A stretch of 63,122 nucleotides of DNA, the filler included, from Octopus bimaculoides (lineage: Eukaryota): assembly GCF_001194135.2 (NCBI RefSeq). It is 6 parts of 6 records of this genome, joined end to end, with 100 filler letters (N's around TTAATTAATTAA, not from the genome) between each part and the next. Parts side by side here need not be neighbours in the genome. Positions count along the whole stretch, not along the records: positions 18,847 to 34,675 come from NC_068985.1; positions 34,776 to 41,710 come from NC_069006.1; 4 more parts are not named here. One strand, written 5' to 3'. The first letter of the stretch is position 1; every line of letters begins with the position of its first letter. A program made the position numbers and the translations under genes. The notes beneath the pieces were generated by a model that was given only the letters and a program-made list of their open reading frames with translations, ran no database searches and had not been told where the DNA came from. Shown here piece after piece: positions 27,893 through 39,212 of this stretch.

Positions 27893-28041
27893 ATTGCAGG
27901 AACGTTCATAGACGGAATTCACAGACGGTAAAATAATTGAGGCTTCATACACTTCTGCAACAATAACACCGTACATAGAATGGGTATAAAAGAAAACATT
28001 ACGACTCAAAAATATACTAAAATCACTCCCAAACGCTATAT
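27893..28041 (-). CDS. Candidate exon of an unidentified gene (IAFGSDFSIFLSRNVFFYTHSMYGVIVAEVYEASIILPSVNSVYERSCN)
   Basis: Minus-strand acceptor tctttgtgttgggcag|, donor aat|gtaaga; 149 nt open, phase 1 to 0, compatible with the candidate exon at 27251-27431. No homologue recognised. Confidence 0.35.
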
Positions 28042-28440
28042 CTGCCCAACACAAAGAATCAATAACATTCGTATATTCAATAGACTATGCCAGTCTTAGC
28101 AGCACTTCAATTTTTTTTTTTTCACAATGACCACAAAAAACTACGGAAATCACAAAATATCCTGTGTTGCATCATCATCATAGGCTAGGCATTGTTTTCT
28201 TAAACAATGAAGTAAACATACTGAAACATAAAAGCCACTATTTGCTATTCAGAATCTATTGCTGCAGCAAACCCTAACTTATGCACCTCCTACCATAACA
28301 AGATGAACCATTTAAAACAAAAAGTAGACATCGCTACAAACATATCTAGAATATTAAAGAACTCTCGTGCTACAAAATGAAAAGCCACATTTCTACCCAT
28401 TCGGTTCAGACAAGCGGGCAAACGGCGTCAACAAGATTAA

Positions 28441-28499
<59 letters not shown>

Positions 28500-28524
28500 N
28501 NNNNNNNNNNNNNNNNNNNNNNNN

Positions 28525-28563
<39 letters not shown>

Positions 28564-29559
28564 GTGCCTTTCTTGATCCCCTGGTTGCACACCAATATAT
28601 CAATAGATGTAAGCACAGAAATCTAGAGGCAGCTTAACTTCGCACCAGTTTTTTTTCCTATTCATTTCTATATTTCAAAAACCTTTAAGCGTATATGTAT
28701 AGACCTACAGCCGGAAAGTTGAAAAAAAAACAATGTCCATATTCAATACAATTGACTAAGGAAGGCATACGAGCGAAATGCAAGCATAATCTACAGGGAA
28801 GTACATTATGTCTCCGACAGTCGAATTAAATTTGTGAATCGTATCTAATGTTTAGAATAAGCCAGTTTGGACCAATCAGGTGACACAACTGTAATAACAA
28901 TAATTTTCTTACTGCAAAATATATTTACTTCAAGTTAGTAACTAATAACTCATGTAGAGTTGCTTTTAGAAATGTAGTTTTTCATAGGGATTCTACAATA
29001 GGTATCTATCATTAGGACCAATGGTTGTGGGAAACTGCAACGTGTCAAAGAGCGTTTCTTTTCATCGTCTACTTCATGAGTTTTAATCAATTTTATCTCT
29101 TAGCAATACATTAGATCCTAGGTATTTAATCGATAATTCCTATTTCTTACACATTTGAACCCCACAATGTGAGGAGTTTAATTTATGCTGATTGTATCAT
29201 AGGCGACAGTTGTTAGGGTATAAAAACCTGATTTCCAATATTGACGTTGGTTGTAGATTAGAACGTGACAACTTCAATAATTCTGAGTTACTTTATTGGT
29301 CGTTTATCCCCAGGCTAGTCTTGAAGGTGCAGACTTAAGATCAAAGTCATTTCATTCATTTACACATATAGTGTATATACAACTACACAAACGAATATGC
29401 ATGTTCACTTTTAAGAGGATTGGGTGCAATCGATTGCTATTTCTAGCAGAGGATGTTACTCAAGTTTGGTTATTTATTTGTTGTTGACGTTTAGTTCCCA
29501 CTATATTTCTCCTACAGGTATTGTCTAAGTAGAAACTTGCTACAGTATTAGTAAAGCAG

Positions 29560-30450
29560 CAGTCTCTCTTGTTTTAGATTAGAATTTGTTTTTTTCCACA
29601 ATTTTTGTTGTTGGTTCGCCTTTCTTATCACGACTGTCAGTTACTTCAGCCGTTGCTTTCCATTGAGTGGCTTCCTCGTTGACAGGATCCATTTCACATG
29701 TCTTTTTTTTTTTTTTGATCGTGTTTTACAGCTATGTTTAATAGTTTTCCATTTTCTTTACTGAAGGTGTTTGTATTGCAACAGAGGATAATTTATAACA
29801 GTTTGCTATTTTCAGAAGTCCTATAGTTGCCGATACTCCACCACTGAATTATTCTACTTCTTTTGCTGGAGGTGTTTCATCGATTTATGTCATATATTCA
29901 CCCAGCTATTTATAAAATCGCTTTGATTTGGAGTCTTAGAGTCTGTTTTCGTTACAGAGTTGAAGCATTTTATAACAACGGATTCTCAACGACTTAACGA
30001 GAACCTATTGTTTCAAGAATATTTTTGTCTCTTTATTTCGTGTACTTCTATAAGAAGATTTACGGGAGCTTGTACTTGTCTTTATAACTACTTGTACTAT
30101 TAGAAATATTATTGTTTATTCTAGTGATATTCTTAATCGATTCTGTTTTCATAAAGTTTTCGTTTTGTTGTTTCATCATAACGCTTCAGAATTATATTTA
30201 TTAGTCCATAAAATCTTTTATATTCTTGATTTTCGTTATGTAACTGTTTACACCTTTATATCGTTGTCTTGTTCGTAATTGTCGTATATAGTATTTTCAG
30301 ATCTTAAGTATTTCGTTATTCCATTTTAAATTTTTTGCGCTCGTTTCTTTTGCAAGTTTTGTAGAATTTCATTTTGAAGTTTTGCTACGAAGTGCTTCTT
30401 TTGTACACAGTATGTTAATCTTCAAGATTGTTTTTGTCATATATTCTATT
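29560..30450 (-). mobile_element. Old R4/Dong-like LINE remnant (region upstream of the RT)
   Basis: Minus frame LRIRCYK..NENRL*DSKSKRFYK*LGE..IDETPPAKEVE*F matches the recalled pattern RIRRY..NRLF..K.FYRELG..EPP.KEE.E.FW. Boundaries approximate. Confidence 0.55.
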
Positions 30451-31094
30451 CTACATGCGCTACATTTCGACATCTGATATATTTTTGGCTTAAACTGTGT
30501 TATCTAACATATATTACCAAAAATTGTTTTGTAATCTAGTTTCGTTTCTCTTCAAATTTTATCCGAAAACGTTGTCGTAGTTTAGAGCGTAAATGTAATA
30601 TATGCTCGCTTTATCGAAATGTATTTGTTTATGCTGTTTGTTTCCCATCGCTTAGCGTTGAGAAACAACGCCAGACTCTTTATTTATTTTGTCATCAGAT
30701 TAGCTGGAATCTAGTTTATTTGTTCTGCTGAATTATTAATTATTGTTATTGTGGCATTTGTAACAATTTTAGTAGAGCATTTATTATACAAATAACGCTA
30801 AAAATTATCTTTGCCTGTAACATGATCCAATTTATGTCTCACGAAGTGGCTGAAAAGGAGACATTTGAGCCCACTTGTCTCCATATTATGAAAGCCGAGT
30901 TTAAAATTGTCCTGACACGTTAAATATATTGTTGGATAGCGCCACTAAATATATATTTCGCCATGCTTAATGCAAATAATGATGGAGACAATTGACAATT
31001 ACTGATTAATGCTGATAGGTATGCTGCAATCAATACAGTGAATATGAAGATGGAGAAGACAGTGTGTATGTATGCATACAGTATGTAAGTATGC

Positions 31095-31136
<42 letters not shown>

Positions 31137-31309
31137 ATGTGTGTGTGTGTGTGTGTGTGTGCGTGTGTGTGTGTGTGCGTGCGTGTGTGTGTGTGTGTGT
31201 GTCATTTTATATGTATATGTACCATTATATACATATATGTATATATGTATAAATGTATGTACATGTTTATATTTGTATGTTTATGATTATTCATGTGTAT
31301 ATTAGTTTC

Positions 31310-31351
<42 letters not shown>

Positions 31352-32628
31352 ATCTCTCTCTCGCTCTCTCACTCTCTGAGTACGTTTCTTCATTTACTGA
31401 CAGTGATCGTGGTGATGATAGGTGTATTGGTCGCATATGTGATAATAATGATGATGATAACGATGAATGTAATGATGAGAAAGATTTATTATAGTAATAT
31501 TAACAATTCGACGTCATTTTCCTTTAAGGACGATTCACTCATATGATAACTTCTTACAAGGAGTGTTTCCAAAACATGTGGTTGTATAAAAATGTTATGT
31601 CAAAAGGAGCATTGAGGCGAAAACTGTATACAATATATTAACAATTGTCAGTTAAGCACTACCAAATTCTAGAAAATTAATGATATATATATATATATAC
31701 TAGTTCCATAATAATTTTCATTATTAATCAAAACAGCGAATTTTCTATCCTCATTCAGGATGTTTACATCGTCCATTAGTTTCTTGTTAGGTATACAATA
31801 AACTGTTTGGTGGACCAGGATTTGCTAGTCTTTCGCCTATGGTTAATGCTCTGACATTTTACGTCTATTCTTTTATGTTTAAGTCTATCATTCCACCTCT
31901 TACTGCAATAGATGCTCCAGCTCAGAGAGGAATCTTAGGTATCCTGATCACCAAACCCTATCATTTAGAACAAGGTGATATTTCTGCCATTTTAGTGCCT
32001 TTGAAAACCTCAATTTTGGAGTTGCTTATACCCTTGCATTCTATCACGGCTCCTATCAGATGCTCTTTTTTCTGCCTTTGCTTGTAGCTCTCCTGGGTAG
32101 AGCTATCAAACGGCTCTTAGTGCAGCACATATAACAACCGAGCTTACTGCATTGCACCAACAGTCTAAATGCAATCACTTGTTCTTCAAAGATAACAAAC
32201 ATATCCGCAATTGCTTTGATAACATCGAAGTGATGTAGATTGCATTTCCATTTAGATCCCACGACCCCATATATTTTTTCATGTCGTATCTGTATTCATC
32301 GTAATATAAAAGTCTTAAAACTTAAAGCAAGAAATTATTGCTGAATTGCAAAGAATCTTTTGATATAAACGCTTGGAATTGTTTGAAGAAACAAACATTT
32401 CGACTTTAATATTTCGAAATTTAACCATGAAATCGCTAAAGAACCACTAGATATAAATACAGTACAACAGCAAGAGACGTAGAATATTCATGAGGATCAT
32501 GGTTATCGAAGGAATCTTCCCGACGAAATTAATCAAAACACAGCACATGAAGAATAAACGGGACCTAATAACAGGAATGACATCTACTGATAATGTAAGA
32601 AACCACTAGAACGTATTGTCAGTAAATT

Positions 32629-32960
32629 CTTTTATTCGTTTACTTCGTTTCAGGTCTTTCATTGCGGCCATGCTGGGGCACGACCTTGGAGGATTTTTAG
32701 TCGAAGGTATCGATCAGAGTACATATTTCCTTTTGAACCTGGTACTTGATTTATCGATCTATTTTGCCGTACAGCTAAGTTACGGGGGCGTAAACATACC
32801 AGTAATGATTGTCAAGCAGTGGTGGTGGTGGTGGTGGTGGGGACAAACAGAGACACAAAGACACACACACACACTCACGCACACACACACAATCACATAC
32901 ACACATACACACACACACACACACACGCATATATATATGTATATATATATATATATATAA
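32629..32960 (-). mobile_element. SINE family C, 3' half (split by the palindromic insert)
   Basis: Similar to 55997-56280; ends in its internal (CA)/(TA) tract. Confidence 0.75.
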
Positions 32961-33584
32961 ATATAGGAAAATGAAAAAAGAAAGGCAGAATGCTAAACTG
33001 GAAGCATATTTTAATAAAGATTTCTTCTAACCGGTTTTCATTGCGAAAAGCAAATTATCAAGAAAAAGGAGAATGAAAATGTTTTTTTACAAGGAAGTAC
33101 AAAATGAAGAAAATAATATATAAAACAATAATATATAAAAATAAATAAATATACCCATACATTATATTGTCGTTGAGCTTTTGAAGTTCAATAGTAGTTT
33201 ATGTATAAACTGGTAGGAAAAATAAGGATGCATGAGAGTTTTGTTAGGTTTTAAAAAAAGGGTTAAAAGTTTGTGTTAAGCAGGAAATGCGGTGTCAAAA
33301 CAGACACCACATTTCCTGCTTAACAAAAACTTTTAACACTTTTTTTAAACCTAACAAAACTCTCATGCATCCTTATTTTTCCTACCAGTTTATACATGAA
33401 CTACTATTGAACTTCAAAAGCTCAAAGACAATATAATGTATGGGTATATATTATTTTTTATATATTATTGTTTTATATATTATTTTCTTCATTTTGTACT
33501 TCTTTGTAAAAAAACATTTTCATTCTCCTTTTTCTTGATAAATTGCTTTTCGCAATGAAAACCGGTTAGAAGAAATCTTTATTA
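32961..33584. mobile_element. Foldback/palindromic element (MITE-like)
   Basis: 33012-33296 is the reverse complement of 33303-33584 with a 6-nt spacer (aaaaca) and roughly ten differences. Right end lost in an N gap. Confidence 0.85.
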
Positions 33585-33785
33585 NNNNNNNNNNNNNNNN
33601 NNNNNNNNNNNNNNNNNNNNNNNNNNNNNNNNNNNNNNNNNNNNNNNNNNNNNNNNNNNNNNNNNNNNNNNNNNNNNNNNNNNNNNNNNNNNNNNNNNNN
33701 NNNNNNNNNNNNNNNNNNNNNNNNNNNNNNNNNNNNNNNNNNNNNNNNNNNNNNNNNNNNNNNNNNNNNNNNNNNNNNNNNNNNT

Positions 33786-33964
33786 ATATATATATACATA
33801 CATACACGATGGGCTACTTTTCAGCTTCCATCTACCAAGTCTACTCACAAGGCTTTGGTCAGCTCGTGACTTTAGTAGAAGACTTTAACCCAAGATTCCA
33901 CACAGTGGAACTGAACCTGAAACCTTGTGGTTGGGAAGCAAACTTCTTACTACACAACACGCCT
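33786..33964 (-). mobile_element. SINE family C, 5' half
   Basis: Similar to 56280-56444. Confidence 0.75.
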
Positions 33965-34321
33965 GTGAATATGTGCTTATACACTCTGTTTAACAAGAAT
34001 GCAAACAATTAGTAGCAGAGTTTTTTGTGATAAAGATTTCAACAATGTAATTGTTCTCTGTTCCTGGCCAAATATTTCACCCACTGTATTTTAGGTTTAG
34101 ACTGGCCACGTGACAAATAACTTCGTCATATCTCCTATGTATCCGAGAATCTAGCGTGTTAACAGGGCATACAGACCAGAAACACACGTCGACATCCACC
34201 ATCAAACGAGGGCAAAACGTCCCTACTACTCGTAATGAAACTTTAGCATCATTGCATACGAAGAGATATATGTATTACACAAATTTTGCCCATGCGCACA
34301 CACGTACACACACGTACAACC

Positions 34322-34410
34322 ACGTGATGGGCGAAAAGAGGGCAGGACGCCCGTCAAACTCTATCACTGACAAGAAGATTCAGCAAGCTCAAGAGATGAT
34401 AATGATGAAC
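34322..34410 (+). mobile_element. Small mariner transposase fragment
   Basis: RAGRPSNSITDKKIQQAQEMIMMNRFTI resembles the RSGRP linker following the HTH region. Confidence 0.45.
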
Positions 34411-34775
34411 CGGTTCACTATCACTGCTTTTTGTTCTTTTTTGGTACACGTAGTTAGTGGTGCGGCCATGCTTACACTGTAAAATCAGAAATAGAAATGG
34501 TGTGATCAGGCTCAAACATCGATCACGTGACCACAATAGTACCAACGATAAGCACTTATGCGCTGAAGGCAGTGTGACAATAATAGAGATATGTTATGGC
34601 GAAAATAAGGATAGTTTTTGACTTCCATTAGTATCTCTCTCTGTATGTATGTATGCATATATATATATATATATANNNNNNNNNNNNNNNNNNNNNNNNN
34701 NNNNNNNNNNNNNNNNNNNTTAATTAATTAANNNNNNNNNNNNNNNNNNNNNNNNNNNNNNNNNNNNNNNNNNNN

Positions 34776-34945
34776 TATATACGACGGGTTTCTTTCAGTT
34801 TTCCGTCTACCAAATCCACTCAAAAGGCTCTGGCCGGTTGGAGGTTACAGCAGAAGATACCTGCCCAAGGTGCCACACAGTGGGACTGAACCCGGAACCG
34901 TGTGGTTGGGAAGCAAGCTTCTTTCCCCGCAGCCACGTCTGCGCA
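34776..34945 (-). mobile_element. SINE family C, 5' half next to a gap
   Basis: acgacgggtttctttcagttttccgtctacc..gggactgaacccggaacc. Confidence 0.8.
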
Positions 34946-35300
34946 GTAGTTAAAAAAGAAGCCACGAAAGCCGCATCCGTATCTCCTGGTAAAATGATGG
35001 CAAGAAAAGTGTCTTCATGGCTAACCTTGACATAACTTAAAGAACCAGAGGTCAAATAGGTCTCAGTATTGGCTGAAAGATGCGAGACATAAATAAAGGT
35101 GGTTAAACTGAAGGAATTTTATTGTGGCAAATCGTAAAAGCTTACTCAGCAGACATTACAGGGTGAATATAAAGAATTGGCATACAAAAACGTAACTGTG
35201 GAATATGCAAGGATTGGAGAGAGGACGACAAGAACCAATGACACACTCTACGGTCAACTATTCTTAGCCAAAAGAAAGTGCACTCAAGCATACGCACACA

Positions 35301-35343
<43 letters not shown>

Positions 35344-35839
35344 ACAGACAGACAGACCGTCAGACCGACAGACAGACAGACCGTCAGACCGACAGACAGA
35401 CAGACAGACAGATAGATAGATAGATAGATAGATAGATAAATAGAAATGAGTAAACATGAAAAAGAGATTTTTCTTTTAATTCAATGTCTTAAATTAGAAA
35501 TTATCAAAGTTTGTTTTCCTGCCATTTGATTAAGATGATAAAGATTACAAATAGAATAGTCATTTCCCCTCTTTAAGAAAAAACACATCAATTTGAAAAT
35601 GCCGACACTTCAGAGAATCGTCGTCCGTCCGTCCGTTCGTCCGTCCTTTTTCATTGCTCTCTCCTTCTACCTCTTATCATTTATACAACTTTCGGAGTTC
35701 TGTGGACTTGAAAGATAGAAGAAACTCTTGCTACATTTTTATGATACTTGATATTTTTTTCTTAAAGTGGAAAATTACTATTTTATTCAAAATAAAATAT
35801 CAATCTTCATCATCTTAAGCAAAAAGACAGAAAAACAAA

Positions 35840-36472
35840 GAGGGAGACTATCTCTTTATAGACGAAGATCAGTTGCAATGGGGGGTGGAGGGAACTGAAG
35901 CTCATAAAATTAGAAAAACAAACGACAAATAGGTTGTGCCTTGAAATCGTTGCCTCAGGTAAAATAAGTACGTCATCAAATACACGCTGTAAGGAAATGA
36001 CCAAGCTGCTGTTCAAATAAATAATGATAACGAAATTAGTCAATATCTAATGGGTAGGTATACGGGACCATCCGAAGAAGTTGCATCCGTTGTAGGATTT
36101 TCAATACCTGAAAGAGCACCTGCGATAGTGAAACTGTAAGTTCATCTCCCAGATGAACAAAGAATATTGCTCAGAAATTATGAGAATATATATGGCTGTC
36201 AATGAACGACGTATGAGAACAACATTGACAGAATTCTTTTCATTGTGCATCAATGATGAGTTTGTAATGGCATTACTTTATGCTGAAGTACCCATGTATT
36301 TTACTTGGAACTCTACTAACAAAGAATGGCGACGGTAGTAACAAAGAATGGCAAAGAAGAAAGCGAGGAAAAAACTCGACGGTCATTTGAACGTTTTCAA
36401 AGAAGAAACACTTGGTCGTGTTGATGCTGTCACACCAAAGGCAGGAGAACTGTATTACTTCTATAATTTTAT

Positions 36473-36475
<3 letters not shown>
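35840..36475 (+). mobile_element. Helitron Rep-domain remnant (pseudogenised)
   Basis: Peptides DQAAVQINNDNEISQYLMGRY, VHLPDEQR, TTLTEFFSLC..LLYAEVPMYFTWN..KEWRR and LGRV..PKAGELYY match Helitron Rep C-terminal motifs in order. Confidence 0.8.
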
Positions 36476-36550
<75 letters not shown>

Positions 36551-37286
36551 NNNNNNNNNNNNNNNNNNNNNNNNNNNNNNNNNNNNNNNNNNNNNNNNNN
36601 NNNNNNNNNNNNNNNNNNNNNNNNNNNNNNNNNNNNNNNNNNNNNNNNNNNNNNNNNNNNNNNNNNNNNNNNNNNNNNNNNNNNNNNNNNNNNNNNNNNN
36701 NNNNNNNNNNNNNNNNNNNNNNNNNNNNNNNNNNNNNNNNNNNNNNNNNNNNNNNNNNNNNNNNNNNNNNNNNNNNNNNNNNNNNNNNNNNNNNNNNNNN
36801 NNNNNNNNNNNNNNNNNNNNNNNNNNNNNNNNNNNNNNNNNNNNNNNNNNNNNNNNNNNNNNNNNNNNNNNNNNNNNNNNNNNNNNNNNNNNNNNNNNNN
36901 NNNNNNNNNNNNNNNNNNNNNNNNNNNNNNNNNNNNNNNNNNNNNNNNNNNNNNNNNNNNNNNNNNNNNNNNNNNNNNNNNNNNNNNNNNNNNNNNNNNN
37001 NNNNNNNNNNNNNNNNNNNNNNNNNNNNNNNNNNNNNNNNNNNNNNNNNNNNNNNNNNNNNNNNNNNNNNNNNNNNNNNNNNNNNNNNNNNNNNNNNNNN
37101 NNNNNNNNNNNNNNNNNNNNNNNNNNNNNNNNNNNNNNNNNNNNNNNNNNNNNNNNNNNNNNNNNNNNNNNNNNNNNNNNNNNNNNNNNNNNNNNNNNNN
37201 NNNNNNNNNNNNNNNNNNNNNNNNNNNNNNNNNNNNNNNNNNNNNNNNNNNNNNNNNNNNNNNNNNNNNNNNNNNNNNNNNNNNNN

Positions 37287-37541
37287 GGGGAGATTCAGCG
37301 TGACACAGTGTGACAAGGCTGGCCCTTTGAATTACAGGCACAACAGAAACAGGAAGTAAGAGTGAGAGAAAGTTGTGGTGGAAGAGTACAGCAGGGTTTG
37401 CCACCTTCCCCTGCCGGAGCCTCGTGGAGCTTTTGGGTGTTTTCGCTCAATAAACACTCACAATGCCCGGTCTGGGAATCGAAACCGTGATCCTATGACC
37501 GCGAGTCCGCTGCCCTAACCACTGGGCCATTGCGCCTCCAC
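37287..37541 (-). mobile_element. SINE family A
   Basis: Near-identical to 3020-3260. Confidence 0.85.
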
Positions 37542-37741
37542 CAAGTAAAAAAATAAATAAGCGGAAATTTTAGTGGTGAGTGTGTTAAATCATAAAAGAG
37601 AATGGCTCTCCTCAGACACAACAGAATATTTTTATATAATTAGCAATTTAAGAAAAAGTTTCAAATGTCTATATAGGCATGTGTGTATTTCTGTGTCAGA
37701 CAGAGATTGTTGCGTGTGTGTTCATTAAATTGATAATTAAT

Positions 37742-38065
37742 GAAAGCGCGTAGCTTAGTAGTTAGTGTATTTAGCGCACGATCGTAAGGTTGTGAGTTCA
37801 ATTCTCGGCGGCGTGTTGAGTTTTTGAGCAAGACACTTAATTTTTCACGTTGCTCTTATCCACTCAGCTTGCAGACATAAATAGAACCTGTTTTTCAAAA
37901 GGTCTAACCTTGTCACATTCTGTGTCTCGGTGGACCTCCCTAAGAACTATTCTAATGGTACGCGTGTCTGTGGAGTGCTCAGCAACTTGCTCTTTAATTT
38001 CACAAGGTGACTGCCCTGTTGATCGGATCAACTTGAACCATCGTCGTCGTAACAGAGGGAGTGCC
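37742..38065 (+). mobile_element. SINE family A, diverged copy
   Basis: A/B-box head; 3' end gatcggatcaac..gtcgtcgtaac..ggagtgcc. Confidence 0.75.
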
Positions 38066-38988
38066 GTTTTTATTTATTTTTTAATTAGTCCAAATTGTAT
38101 GACACACAATACAGACGTGTTTATAAAGAGGACAGCATAACAAAGGAAACAAATTCCTACGAGCAATTTGTAATTCTTGTTGGAATTATTAGTCAGAACG
38201 AAGCATCTGATAACTCGGAATATTGTATTCATATCTTGCAAGATTTATCTAATTCTTTGTAATTAATGTCTAGAAGAAGAAGAAGAAGAAGAAGAAGAAG
38301 AAGAAGAAGAAGAAGAAGAAGAAGAAGAAGAAGNNNNNNNNNNNNNNNNNNNNNNNNNNNNNNNNNNNNNNNNNNNNNNNNNNNNNNNNNNNNNNNNNNN
38401 NNNNNNNNNNNNNNNNNNNNNNNNNNNNNNNNNNNNNNNNNNNNNNNNNNNNNNNNNNNNNNNNNNNNNNNNNNNNNNNNNNNNNNNNNNNNNNNNNNNN
38501 NNNNNNNNNNNNNNNNNNNNNNNNNNNNNNNNNNNNNNNNNNNNNNNNNNNNNNNNNNNNNNNNNNNNNNNNNNNNNNNNNNNNNNNNNNNNNNNNNNNN
38601 NNNNNNNNNNNNNNNNNNNNNNNNNNNNNNNNNNNNNNNNNNNNNNNNNNNNNNNNNNNNNNNNNNNNNNNNNNNNNNNNNNNNNNNNNNNNNNNNNNNN
38701 NNNNNNNNNNNNNNNNNNNNNNNNNNNNNNNNNNNNNNNNNNNNNNNNNNNNNNNNNNNNNNNNNNNNNNNNNNNNNNNNNNNNNNNNNNNNNNNNNNNN
38801 NNNNNNNNNNNNNNNNNNNNNNNNNNNNNNNNNNNNNNNNNNNNNNNNNNNNNNNNNNNNNNNNNNNNNNNNNNNNNNNNNNNNNNNNNNNNNNNNNNNN
38901 NNNNNNNNNNNNNNNNNNNNNNNNNNNNNNNNNNNNNNNNNNNNNNNNNNNNNNNNNNNNNNNNNNNNNNNNNNNNNNNNNNNNNNNN

Positions 38989-39031
<43 letters not shown>

Positions 39032-39032
<1 letters not shown>

Positions 39033-39212
39033 CTTTTCTACTAAAAGCACAAGGACTGAAATTTTGGGTGAGGGGCTAGTCGATTACATCGGCCGCAGTG
39101 CATAACTGGTACTTATTTCATCGACCCCGAAAAGATGAAAGGCAAAGTCGACTTCGGCGGAATTTGAACTCAGAACGTAAGGACGGACGAAATGTTGCGA
39201 AGCAGTTTGCCC
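39032..39212 (-). mobile_element. SINE family B lacking its 5' head (joined to the Tx1-like LINE)
   Basis: Body matches 5872-6050; similarity stops at tttgccc. Confidence 0.8.

Noticed and set aside
31900-32280. Possible RTE-like remnant on the minus strand (RIPK-like motif)
   Set aside because: Only one short motif is recognisable, too weak to call.
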